IMG/VR virus record: IMGVR_UViG_3300018494_000099
DNA: 64,000 nucleotides
From: an uncultured virus (IMG/VR IMGVR_UViG_3300018494_000099)
Taxonomy: Duplodnaviria > Heunggongvirae > Uroviricota > Caudoviricetes
Strand: one strand, 5' to 3'
Shown here: piece by piece, positions 55,074 through 64,000 of the stretch
Layout: every line of letters begins with the position of its first letter
How positions within the stretch are numbered: position 1 is the stretch's first letter
The notes under the pieces: generated by a model
What the model saw: only the letters and a program-made list of their open reading frames with translations
What the model was told of the DNA's origin: nothing
The model's database searches: none
Made by a program: the position numbers and the translations under genes

Positions 55074-55610
55074 TTATTCAATTCCAGCTGCTGAATTTAT
55101 TTTCACAAGCAGGTCTTCTATTATTTCCTGGGTAGCATCAGAAAGATTTTTCTCGGGGTCTTCTTTAGCCTTATTATAATAAAACTCAGAAAGTTCTTTC
55201 ATATCTCCGGAAGCTATAGAAAAACTTCCCCAGTCGCAAATCATCTCAAGAATATAGACATAAGGCATATCCTCTCCGAGCCAGTACTCAGGGTGATGCT
55301 CATTGTTCTGCCAGTGATGTTCCCAGGCCCTCTCGTACTCAGGAGTCTTCTTCTTATCTCCGTGCCATCTCTGAGCATAAGGCTCGAACTCTTCTTCTGA
55401 GAACTTAGACTCATCATGCTCGGCTATGAGATCATCAAATACATCAATATCTATATTCTCAAAAAGGTCCGGGCAATTCTCCTTAAGCCAAGAAGAAAAT
55501 TGAGAAACTCTTTCTTTATGAGCAATAACATATTCTTTATATTCTTTCTGATAGTCTGCTCCGCCTTCATTAATCATATTCAGTAGCCCGAAGGCATTTA
55601 GTAAGTTCAT
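55074..55610 (-). CDS. DUF5662-like HD-type protein
   Basis: H...HDESKF...AWEHH...N.HHPEYW...EMICDW. Confidence 0.75.
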   Translation of the reverse strand: MNLLNAFGLLNMINEGGADYQKEYKEYVIAHKERVSQFSSWLKENCPDLFENIDIDVFDDLIAEHDESKFSEEEFEPYAQRWHGDKKKTPEYERAWEHHWQNNEHHPEYWLGEDMPYVYILEMICDWGSFSIASGDMKELSEFYYNKAKEDPEKNLSDATQEIIEDLLVKINSAAGIE

Positions 55611-55640
55611 AAAATATTTTTTCTGCCTTTCTAATATTTT

Positions 55641-56456
55641 TTAATCCCAAAGATTTTCGTAAGTCTTAAAGTCTTCTGCTATAGAAGAAGCGGATTCACA
55701 TAAACTCTTATGTTCCGGACTTCCATAGCTAGGAACACTAAAATAACCTTTAAGGTACTTTAGCAGTTCTTCCCACCCGCTAGCCATATAAGTCATTATC
55801 TGTTTACCGTCTTTAAAAATATAAATAGAAAATAAATCTTTAAATCTACTGCAGCCTACCTTAACTTCGATTTCATGATCTTTTTCATTAGCCGGCTTAT
55901 GATGTTCCTTATAATGAAAACCTGTATTATCTAGTCTAGACTCTTCAGTTGCAATAACATCTGAAGCTTTATGATTAACCATATAAGCAATAAGCTCTAT
56001 AAATTTTTCTTTATTAGTTTTAGAAGAAACTACTGAAGCCGGCTGAGAACTACTTGTTGTAGAATTATTCATGACAATCCATTCTACTAGTAAGTCATCA
56101 TACTCCTGAGTCCCAGAGTCAGGAAGAAACATATAAGGCTCAATAGCGGCTACGAAATTTTCATAGCCCTTACGTTGAATACTCTCTACTTCCTCATGGT
56201 CTATAAAAATATGTATTTCGAATTCTTCGGTACTCGTATCGACCGCTACTATAATGCTCCTATCAAATTCTTTAGAGCCATCGTTATAATGCTCGCTAAG
56301 GCGGAAGTACCTATCAGAAATATCTTTTCTCGTAATACTCTCAAGTTCAGAAGAAGCATGGTCTATATGATATTTAATAAGTTTTTCAAATCTTTTCTTA
56401 TAGCTTCCTGAATTACTAGCAGGCTTACTCATATACTGCCATTCTCTTAATTCCAT
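55641..56456 (-). CDS. protein with internally duplicated domain (candidate virion-packaged protein)
   Basis: Two similar halves (KKRFEKLIKY../KEKFIELIAY..); GCTAAATTA at 56555-56563. Confidence 0.75.
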   Translation of the reverse strand: MELREWQYMSKPASNSGSYKKRFEKLIKYHIDHASSELESITRKDISDRYFRLSEHYNDGSKEFDRSIIVAVDTSTEEFEIHIFIDHEEVESIQRKGYENFVAAIEPYMFLPDSGTQEYDDLLVEWIVMNNSTTSSSQPASVVSSKTNKEKFIELIAYMVNHKASDVIATEESRLDNTGFHYKEHHKPANEKDHEIEVKVGCSRFKDLFSIYIFKDGKQIMTYMASGWEELLKYLKGYFSVPSYGSPEHKSLCESASSIAEDFKTYENLWD

Positions 56457-56862
56457 AGGTTAATCTCCTTATAATAAAAGCTCCTAAGAAAGAGCTTAGA
56501 AGCAAGTATTTTATTTTTGAGTCTATTTCACGCATTCTATTTTTCCCATTCAATTAATTTAGCATAACTATTTTAATTAATTATTATTTTAATAATCTGA
56601 TAAGTTATTAGGCTTTAGGAAGAAAAAAGAAAGGTTTCGCCTATTCTATATAGTTAGAAGAATTAGAAGTAGTTAGTTTAATATAAAGAAAATATAAATG
56701 AGTTATGCTTTTCTCTATATAAAACTTAAACTCATTTTCTATATGCTCTATTTATTATATTGTTTTATATATGAGATTAAGGTAGAACTTTAACTCATAT
56801 ATTTTTTCATGCTGGCGAAAAAGAAAAAGCTTAAAGATTTTATTCTCTAAGCTTTTATTATT

Positions 56863-57480
56863 TTAATTATTTATATCTGATAATTCATTATACCAGTCAG
56901 TCTCTTCTGCTGGGTCGGTTTTACTCTGAATCTTCTTAACTGCTAAAGCAATAAGTTTTTGCTTATCTGTTTTCTGTCCGGCATATTTAAGTAATGAAGT
57001 GAGAATTTTTGTAAGGTCAGTTTCATTAGCAACTTCTTGTTCAAAGCGAGACAGATTATCATTAATTTTATCTTGTTCTGCTTTCTTAAGATCTTTTATA
57101 TGCTGTGTGTATCCCTGAGCTTTTCTCTCAAAGTCTGCTCCATCAAGTATTTTTCTAAGGTCAACAGTATTTCTTGTTTCAGGTATCAGCTTAGAGAATC
57201 GTGTTTCTGTATTCTCTACCCCAATAGAATACAGATTAGAGCCAAAATTTTTACCGCTTGCAAATCCAAAACCAGTAAAATAAATAGAACCATAGAAGGT
57301 GATATAATTACCCGAGTCTTCTATAATAGAAGCTCCAGCCTTAGAAGCTTGCTGTAATAGTCTATTCTTCATATCCTCCGCGTCAATCTCAGAAGCATAA
57401 GCAAGACAAGTAGAAAGCTCAAAAGTTTTATTCTTAGTATTCACTCTATTATATGATTTATACAAAGTGCAATAAAACAT
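56863..57480 (-). CDS. hypothetical protein, paralogue of 60318-60872
   Basis: MFYCTLYK...CLAY...DAE...LLQQA..AG...GNY; TGCTAAATTAT at 57515-57525. Confidence 0.8.
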   Translation of the reverse strand: MFYCTLYKSYNRVNTKNKTFELSTCLAYASEIDAEDMKNRLLQQASKAGASIIEDSGNYITFYGSIYFTGFGFASGKNFGSNLYSIGVENTETRFSKLIPETRNTVDLRKILDGADFERKAQGYTQHIKDLKKAEQDKINDNLSRFEQEVANETDLTKILTSLLKYAGQKTDKQKLIALAVKKIQSKTDPAEETDWYNELSDINN

Positions 57481-57530
57481 AATATAAAAATCTCCTTAAG
57501 AATTTTTTAACTATATAATTTAGCAAAAAA

Positions 57531-57561
57531 GAAGCTTGGAAGCAATTAATCCTCCAAGCTT
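57531..57561 (-). terminator. terminator after pnuC
   Basis: AAGCTTGGA...TCCAAGCTT hairpin with U-tract on the minus strand. Confidence 0.7.
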
Positions 57562-57570
57562 TCTAATTTA

Positions 57571-58254
57571 TTAAGCTCTCTGAAGTTTAGTCCAGTTATA
57601 CCAACCATAGAAAGCATTAGCAGTCCAAGCGATATACATAGCAACCATAGACCACTGACCGAGAATAATAAACATAACCAAACTTGCTACATCGATAAGA
57701 ATCCAGCAAGCCCACTGTTCTCTGTATCTCCAAACCATAAGAAGCTGAGCAATAACAGCAAGAGCAACAGTCATAGCGTCAAGATAAGGAAGAGTGCTTC
57801 CGAGAACTGCTTCGCCGAAGAAACCAAGAAGGAATGTACTAATTGCAACTACGCCAGCAGACACAAGCCACTGCCAAAGCTTAAACTTCTTCGCCTTAAC
57901 CTGTTCAGAGCCGTCTTCATTTTTAGTCATATTCTTTTTCCACATAAAGACGCCGAAGATACAAACAATGAAGTAGAACACCTGTTCACCGAACTCAAGA
58001 TAGAGTGCAAGGTCCCAACAGATAATCATATATGTAACCATCTGAAGGAAGTTGAAGAAGTAAGAGGAAATCTTTCCTTTCGCTGTCAGGGCAACGCAGA
58101 TAACTCCAGCAAGTCCACAGACAATTCCGATAGCAGAGTCAGGTACAATGAAATACATAATTACCTGAAGCAGAATAAGAGAAGCGAAAAAGATCTTCTC
58201 AAAAGCAGTATAACCGTTCCAAAATTCGTTCTTAAGCCATTTTACCATTTTCAA
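57571..58254 (-). CDS. pnuC: nicotinamide riboside transporter PnuC
   Basis: Multi-TM protein; PYLDA, AQLLMVWRYREQW..WI..D, GWYNW; overlaps nadR. Confidence 0.9.
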   Translation of the reverse strand: MKMVKWLKNEFWNGYTAFEKIFFASLILLQVIMYFIVPDSAIGIVCGLAGVICVALTAKGKISSYFFNFLQMVTYMIICWDLALYLEFGEQVFYFIVCIFGVFMWKKNMTKNEDGSEQVKAKKFKLWQWLVSAGVVAISTFLLGFFGEAVLGSTLPYLDAMTVALAVIAQLLMVWRYREQWACWILIDVASLVMFIILGQWSMVAMYIAWTANAFYGWYNWTKLQRA

Positions 58255-59344
58255 TAATCTCCTTTACATCATCAACAATTTTCTTAAAGTTATTATAATA
58301 TCCGCCGTCGAGAATAACTACTTTATCCCAGTTTCCGGAAGCTTTTATGTTATTACAAAGAATTTCAAAGAGTTCTCTTCTCTCGTCCATACCACTGAAC
58401 TCCATATAACGAGTGTGATCGTCTACAAAAGTTCCGTGTGGACAAAGAAGATAAATCTTATCCCAACGGCATTTCTTAGTAATAGCATCTGCAGCAACAG
58501 CAATATCTTTGAACTCTTCTTCAGTAAGGTCAAGCTCAGGGTCTCTGTGATAGTACTCAGCATACATACGGGTAGTCATACTGTCAGAGTCAGCAAAGAA
58601 GATTCCCTGATTACTCGGTGAATTAATCAACTTTTTATTCATCTGATACTGTCCGTCGAGAAAAGCAAGATAGTCAGCACCATCGAGTTCCCATTCAGAA
58701 ATATAACTCTCTCCCATATAGTCTCTGGCATACTCATGAGAATAAGGCGCATTGAAATATTTACCAAGGTCTTTTACCAGAGTAGTCTTTCCTTCGCTCG
58801 CAGTTCCGCAAATAAGAATATTAGTACTGAATACTCTTCTAAAAGGAAAAGTAATTTTGTCCCAGTACTTAATAGGATTTTCTCTTATCATTGTAGCTGA
58901 GATGGGATTTTCAGTGCGGTCAAGAAGGACTACTTCAAAACCTTCTTCTGTAAGTCGAGCATGATAAGCGGCTTCACTAACATAGAAAACCGGTTCAGGA
59001 TATTCCTCAGTGCCATTTCTGAAGATGTCTTTTACAACCTCAAGAAACGGAAGCCAGCCATTAGGATAAGCAGGAATATTCTTTTCAGTCTCGTCTATGG
59101 GATAAACAGCAACAAGGTCGTCATCAGCGAAGAATTCTCTTACATAACGATAACGACGTCTCAGAGGCATCTTCTCACCGCCACGGTCTCCCTCTCGACC
59201 ATCGACAATTACAATACAACCGCCGTCACATTCTTTCTTAGCTCTCATAATAACATCAAGGTGTCCCTGATGCAAAGGAGCAAAAGTTCCAAAGACAATA
59301 CCAACCTTTTTGCCTTTAAGTTTTTTCTGATAGGTATAAATCAT
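58232..59344 (-). CDS. nadR: NadR-type NMN adenylyltransferase / nicotinamide riboside kinase (no HTH)
   Basis: FGTFAPLHQGH (HxGH), ISATMIR, Walker A GTASEGKTT, EYAR. Confidence 0.9.
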   Translation of the reverse strand: MIYTYQKKLKGKKVGIVFGTFAPLHQGHLDVIMRAKKECDGGCIVIVDGREGDRGGEKMPLRRRYRYVREFFADDDLVAVYPIDETEKNIPAYPNGWLPFLEVVKDIFRNGTEEYPEPVFYVSEAAYHARLTEEGFEVVLLDRTENPISATMIRENPIKYWDKITFPFRRVFSTNILICGTASEGKTTLVKDLGKYFNAPYSHEYARDYMGESYISEWELDGADYLAFLDGQYQMNKKLINSPSNQGIFFADSDSMTTRMYAEYYHRDPELDLTEEEFKDIAVAADAITKKCRWDKIYLLCPHGTFVDDHTRYMEFSGMDERRELFEILCNNIKASGNWDKVVILDGGYYNNFKKIVDDVKEIIENGKMA

Positions 59345-59459
59345 TTGTGTCCTCCTTAATTGTTTCGTATTTTATAATACGATATACAAATTATTAATTT
59401 AATAAATTAATAAAAAAAAGAGTCATCTGTTAATACAAAATGACTCTTTTAATATTTTT

Positions 59460-59713
59460 AATTAAACTTCAGAAGTAGTATTAATTGCTACACCTTCTCC
59501 AGAAGGCTCGCCGTTAATAAACAGATATAATAAGCTCAGCATTGTTCGTTTGTTCTTTTAAGAATTTGTTTCTGTCTGTCTGAGTGCTATATTTTGCAAA
59601 TATAAACTGTCTAAATCTTTTTTCATTTGTACATAGCGGATTGCCACTTCTTCAACAGAGTCACACTCTTTAAACATATCATCAACCATTGACATAAAAT
59701 CATATCTATCCAT
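59460..59713 (-). CDS. small hypothetical protein not in the ORF track
   Basis: MDRYDFMSMVDDMFK... follows GGAGGA; end approximate. Confidence 0.45.
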
Positions 59714-59718
59714 ACTAC

Positions 59719-60171
59719 CTAGTCCTCCTTATTTTTTGCGTCCTCTAAGATAAAGCCGTAGTAGCCTTTTTCATTGGGTTGTACTTCTTCACTCCAGTGC
59801 GTAAAAGGAAGGTCGATTCCTCTTTCTTTTAACGCACGGCAGAAGTGATAATCACACCTTTCTGGATAAAGTCTCTTATTAGGAACAAAATCGCTGTTAG
59901 ATTTTACTTCAATCTGTCGCATATTCTTAGGCTTAGGATCACCTCGCATAAAGCTTGAGAGTTCTTTTTCGTAGCTTATTGAATAATCTGTGTCATAGAT
60001 TACTGTATAAATTTTCTGGTCTTTTATATAGACGTGGAAAGTTTCTCTTTCGCAAGTATATCCATACAGCAGTGTTCTATTATACAAATAAGGCCTTAGC
60101 TCCGATATTCCAATAATAGTTTCATTAGCTTTATCTATTTCACTAAGCTTATCAAACCATTCTTTTTTCAT
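59719..60171 (-). CDS. hypothetical protein
   Basis: RTLLYGYT..R.TFHVY...VPNKRLYPE.CD; GGAGG RBS. Confidence 0.75.
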   Translation of the reverse strand: MKKEWFDKLSEIDKANETIIGISELRPYLYNRTLLYGYTCERETFHVYIKDQKIYTVIYDTDYSISYEKELSSFMRGDPKPKNMRQIEVKSNSDFVPNKRLYPERCDYHFCRALKERGIDLPFTHWSEEVQPNEKGYYGFILEDAKNKED

Positions 60172-60317
60172 ATAGCTTTCCTCCAAAATAAATTCTATAT
60201 ATTTTATAATACAATACTGGTGGAGAAAGAATTATAAAAAATTAAAATTTAGCTATTTACAAATTACACCAGTTATGGTAATATAAACTTAAATAAATTT
60301 TAAAGGAGGAATTTAAT

Positions 60318-60872
60318 ATGTTTTACTGTACCATTTACAAGCAAGCAAAGCTGTCCGACAAAAACACCTGTGAGGTTTTTCTCTGTTTGTCTTACCTCGA
60401 TAAAGCAGATGCAGAGAACTATCAGCAAAAGCTAATTCAACAAGCTATTGAAGCAGGTGGCCGTACTTATGTAACTGAAGGTAATTATACTACAATAACT
60501 GGCAAAATTATACTTAAGCCGACGGGTATCACAAGTAATCGAAGCGGCAACCATTATAGAATTGGTGTAGAAAGTGAGTCTACTAAATTTTCTATTATTC
60601 CAACCAAAGCAAAGTCCTTGATTCCTGCCTACAAAATAACTGACGGCCTCGCTTATGAAATTTATGTGGAAGATGCTGCACAACGTCAGCTAACAGAGCA
60701 TTTAGCACGGCAAGAAGAAGTTAGTGAGAATTTAAAGAAATTTACAGCTGAGATAAACCCAATGACAGACCTCTATCTAGTTCTAAGGTCTTTTGTTAAG
60801 TATTCTAATCAAAAGTCAGACAAAGAAATGCTTACTGCTATAGCTATTGAAAAGATTCAAGAATTAATCTAA
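60318..60872 (+). CDS. hypothetical protein, paralogue of 56863-57480; the only clear plus-strand gene
   Basis: AAAGGAGG RBS, upstream TTTACA, convergent terminator at 60880-60912. Confidence 0.85.
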   Translation: MFYCTIYKQAKLSDKNTCEVFLCLSYLDKADAENYQQKLIQQAIEAGGRTYVTEGNYTTITGKIILKPTGITSNRSGNHYRIGVESESTKFSIIPTKAKSLIPAYKITDGLAYEIYVEDAAQRQLTEHLARQEEVSENLKKFTAEINPMTDLYLVLRSFVKYSNQKSDKEMLTAIAIEKIQELI

Positions 60873-60879
60873 AATAACA

Positions 60880-60912
60880 AAAGAGCTTAAGAAAAATATC
60901 TTAAGCTCTTTT
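60880..60912. terminator. bidirectional terminator
   Basis: AAAGAGCTTAAGA...TCTTAAGCTCTTT between convergent genes. Confidence 0.8.
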
Positions 60913-60978
60913 TCTTGTATATTATAATTTTCTTAAGAAGCTTTGCTTGGTATTCTGTTTCTACTTATAAATTATCTC

Positions 60979-63963
60979 TTACTTCAAAAAGAATAACACC
61001 AAATTATCTATTGATATACTATCAAGAGTATTGTTATTTGAAAGCGTAGCTTTACATCTAAGAAATCGTAATTTCTTATCCTCTGTAATGTTAAACGCAT
61101 AAAAGCAGGTGCCACAAGATACATCATCTATCTGATTAACAATTCCCGCATTTACCGTAAAATAGCGAGTACCCTCTAACGTATATCTTTGTGAAAAGTC
61201 AGTAACAAAGGCGTTATAAGCATACGAGTTACCATTAGTATCTTTTAACCAAGTTATAAACCGTAGACTCACTCCTATTAAGCTATCAATCGTTGCATCA
61301 CCTATAAACTGAGATATATCAATCGTTTTACCACCCTCACTCTGAGTATAAACATTTTTAGACTCATCGCTGCAAGGAACTACAGAAAGAAAACCATTTG
61401 GTAAGTCAGCTTTTTTAAGATATGTCTCACTAAAGATGTTTCCACTATTATCCTGCAGAGCTCTCGTAGCAAAATCAGTTCTAGTAGCTGAAGCTGCTAT
61501 TTTAGCTTTGGATACCGTATGAACCTGCATAGTACCATCTGAATTAATTGATACTGAATCTAATGGAATTTCTGAAATATATATCTTGTAATATTGATTG
61601 GAGCCTCCACCAGCAGTAACATTCATTATGAAAGCATTAATCTTTCCTGGGTACTCTGCAGTGAATATTGCGGAGCCGTTGCTGATAGTAAACTTCTGAG
61701 GATTATCCCAGGAAGCACCTGCATCAATATCAAACGTTGCTGATGCTGAGAAATTTGCTGGGTCAGAACCTGAAGTGTGAGGTAATAATATAACCTTATA
61801 CTGTTTATCTTTTTCAAGACTAAAAGCGTTAGCAAAATATGTAGTACTGCCACTTTCGCCTTTTATGCCATTTACCAGTAAGGTAGCATTAAGACCTTTT
61901 ACATGTCCAAGATTTAAGTCGGTAGCAATCTGGGATGGGTGCATGTTAGAAGCATACTCAGTATGAGTATGAGACTTAAGAGCATACTTATCATCGTGAA
62001 GATGGCTAGATGCAGCATAGTTATGAGTATGATCTGTTAGCGCATATTCATTATGATTATGGCTTACTGGCGCATAACCCGAAAGATCAGGAGCAGAAAT
62101 CTTTCCTATTTCTGTATCTACATACTCCATGGTAGCAACGTCTTTAGCTTTTTTAGGACCAGTCTTAACCGTTGCAGTACCATCTTTATTTACAGTAAAT
62201 GCATTTTGGTAGCCTAATATAACTTGATCTGATTCAGTAGAGGTACAGTTACGACCCAGAATAATTGCATTATCATGGTTAGCTACACTGGAGTTGCCTA
62301 TAACAATGGCATTAGCAGCATTTGCTACAACATTTTTTCCTATTGCCATTGAAGACGAACCCGCGCTAAGAGCACCAAATCCTATTGCTGTAGAAACATG
62401 TCCAAGTGCAGACGCACTATGACCAATAGCTGTGCCATGGCTAGGCTGTGTGAGACTTGCATATTCGGCAGCTCTTAAATCTGATCCATTAGCAAATGAT
62501 TTAAATTTTAATACGCTAGGTAATGAAATATCAAATGATAAATAAGTCATTCCTAAAATATACGTTTTATCCGTATTATTATAATCAAACGGTAAAGTTA
62601 CTGTAAGGACATAATTACCAACATCTCCCGTCAAGGCGGCTGTATAAGTTTTAGGTGCTTTAGAATCTTCTTGAACAATCACACTAGGAGTTAAAGTAAG
62701 TTTCACTGTACCACATGATATATTCCATGAGTATTTGTAAGAAGAGCCATCGTTTTCAATTTTATAATAATCTGTATATGTTTGGCCTAAAGGAAGCTTT
62801 ACTACTGTGTTTGCTAAGCAGTTAGTTCCCATAAAGTAGCCAGAAGTAGATTTTTTCTTACCTACTCCAATACCACCTGATTCAAAGCTAATGCTACCAC
62901 TTACTTTAACATTACCTTTTTTAGTAACGGTTAAAGCATTACTCGTATTTGAAGATGAGGTACCATTGCCAATGATAAATAAAGCCTCTGCATGGCCTTT
63001 ATTATATGTACCTAGTACCGTCTGATAGTCTGCTGAGCTTCTAGTATAGCAACCCATAGTAAACGCACCAGTGTGTTTTGCCTCAGAGTGCCATCCACCA
63101 GCAGTAGCGTTTTTAGCGCTGGCTTCAGTATAACCATTGAACGCAAATCCGTAATCACCGGAAGCTGTAGTGTAATAACCAAGCGCCACACTAGAAGGAC
63201 CTTGTGCCTTAGCGTTGTTACCCATAGCGGTAGACTGAGTTCCAGTAGCTTTACTGGTTAATCCTGCTGCAATGCTCTCTTGGCCTAATGCTTCACAAGC
63301 GGCGCCAGCAACTAAAGCTCTATGACCTGCTATAGTATCTTCTCCGAAAGCTACTGTGAATTTTCCTAAAGCTCTAGCGTTTTTGCCCATAGCTACTGAA
63401 CTATTATTAACAGCAGAAGAGTTTATTCCAGCAGTAATAGTATTAAAACCAATATCAATAGTTCCTAGTTCTGGATAACCTTCAATTATAAAGTTATTGT
63501 AAACATTAAAGTTTGCAGGATCATCTTTTTTAGGATTAGAGGTTCTATCTTTATTATTTTCAAGATTTACTTGAATAAAATTACCTTCAGTAGGGCCATC
63601 ATTAACAACAATTTCACGGTTATTTACATCAACGCTTGCAATAGTTCCCTTATGATATGAAGCAGATCGCACTACTAAAGAATAATATATTTCATTTGGA
63701 TTTGCATCTACTGCCTCTTTTAAGTTTGTTAATTGAGTTTTAAGTTCTTCATCGCCTGCACCATCAACAATCTCCATTTCAGCATTTCGAATTCCTACTT
63801 TGATTTTATTGTCAATGATTGCTAATTTTTGGTCGCCTTGAGGATAAACTTTAAATGCCTTACTAACCGAGTTGACACCTAGTTTTGTCGACATTTCATC
63901 GACTAAAGCTAGTTTATCTTCAATTTGTTTACCGGTATAAGGTAAATCATAAAATTCACTCAT
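60979..63963 (-). CDS. tail fibre / adhesin-like protein with YadA-head repeats and HxH repeats
   Basis: Two runs of ~14-residue S.A.G..A.A.G repeats, neck-like NALTV.K.G, and four HxH..YA repeats. Confidence 0.75.
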   Translation of the reverse strand: MSEFYDLPYTGKQIEDKLALVDEMSTKLGVNSVSKAFKVYPQGDQKLAIIDNKIKVGIRNAEMEIVDGAGDEELKTQLTNLKEAVDANPNEIYYSLVVRSASYHKGTIASVDVNNREIVVNDGPTEGNFIQVNLENNKDRTSNPKKDDPANFNVYNNFIIEGYPELGTIDIGFNTITAGINSSAVNNSSVAMGKNARALGKFTVAFGEDTIAGHRALVAGAACEALGQESIAAGLTSKATGTQSTAMGNNAKAQGPSSVALGYYTTASGDYGFAFNGYTEASAKNATAGGWHSEAKHTGAFTMGCYTRSSADYQTVLGTYNKGHAEALFIIGNGTSSSNTSNALTVTKKGNVKVSGSISFESGGIGVGKKKSTSGYFMGTNCLANTVVKLPLGQTYTDYYKIENDGSSYKYSWNISCGTVKLTLTPSVIVQEDSKAPKTYTAALTGDVGNYVLTVTLPFDYNNTDKTYILGMTYLSFDISLPSVLKFKSFANGSDLRAAEYASLTQPSHGTAIGHSASALGHVSTAIGFGALSAGSSSMAIGKNVVANAANAIVIGNSSVANHDNAIILGRNCTSTESDQVILGYQNAFTVNKDGTATVKTGPKKAKDVATMEYVDTEIGKISAPDLSGYAPVSHNHNEYALTDHTHNYAASSHLHDDKYALKSHTHTEYASNMHPSQIATDLNLGHVKGLNATLLVNGIKGESGSTTYFANAFSLEKDKQYKVILLPHTSGSDPANFSASATFDIDAGASWDNPQKFTISNGSAIFTAEYPGKINAFIMNVTAGGGSNQYYKIYISEIPLDSVSINSDGTMQVHTVSKAKIAASATRTDFATRALQDNSGNIFSETYLKKADLPNGFLSVVPCSDESKNVYTQSEGGKTIDISQFIGDATIDSLIGVSLRFITWLKDTNGNSYAYNAFVTDFSQRYTLEGTRYFTVNAGIVNQIDDVSCGTCFYAFNITEDKKLRFLRCKATLSNNNTLDSISIDNLVLFFLK

Positions 63964-64000
63964 AAAATATTCTCCTTTTTTTTGGATTAACTTTCATATG

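Noticed and set aside
60979..63963. Diversity-generating retroelement target
   Set aside because: No reverse transcriptase or template/variable repeat pair seen in the window.
1..64000. tRNA genes
   Set aside because: No T-loop GTTCRA motif in a cloverleaf context was seen on either strand by eye; tRNAscan-SE would be needed to be sure.
1..64000. Stop-codon reassignment as in some gut jumbo phages
   Set aside because: Long genes (nrdD, ligase, helicases, fibre) are intact under the standard code, and TGA and TAG both end genes at sensible positions.

Overview
This window is a segment of a large, AT-rich dsDNA phage genome, probably infecting a Firmicute (strong AAGGAGG/GGAGG ribosome-binding sites, sigma-A-type promoters). 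Almost every gene is on the minus strand. About 1-18 kb and 25-45 kb are dense arrays of small hypothetical genes. Recognisable genes are an Rnl1-type RNA ligase, a Dam methylase, a small ADP-ribosyltransferase, an ATP-dependent DNA ligase, a sigma-factor-like protein, a replication-initiator-like protein, nrdD/nrdG, an HNH homing endonuclease, an SNF2 helicase, nadR-pnuC and a YadA-repeat fibre/adhesin. The most unusual signals are: (1) an HNH-helicase locus whose N6-adenine methyltransferase appears split across two complementary genes; (2) a promoter-to-terminator small RNA carrying two anti-Shine-Dalgarno motifs, plus two further structured RNA candidates; (3) four separable families of repeated promoter motifs, one of which (GCTAAATTA) marks scattered acidic proteins sharing short peptide motifs; (4) an NAD salvage module bracketed by inverted paralogues; (5) an origin-like non-coding region. 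I saw no tRNA, CRISPR array, integrase or transposase. All calls come from motif reading by eye, with no database searches. Some CDS starts were moved to the ATG that follows a clear RBS.
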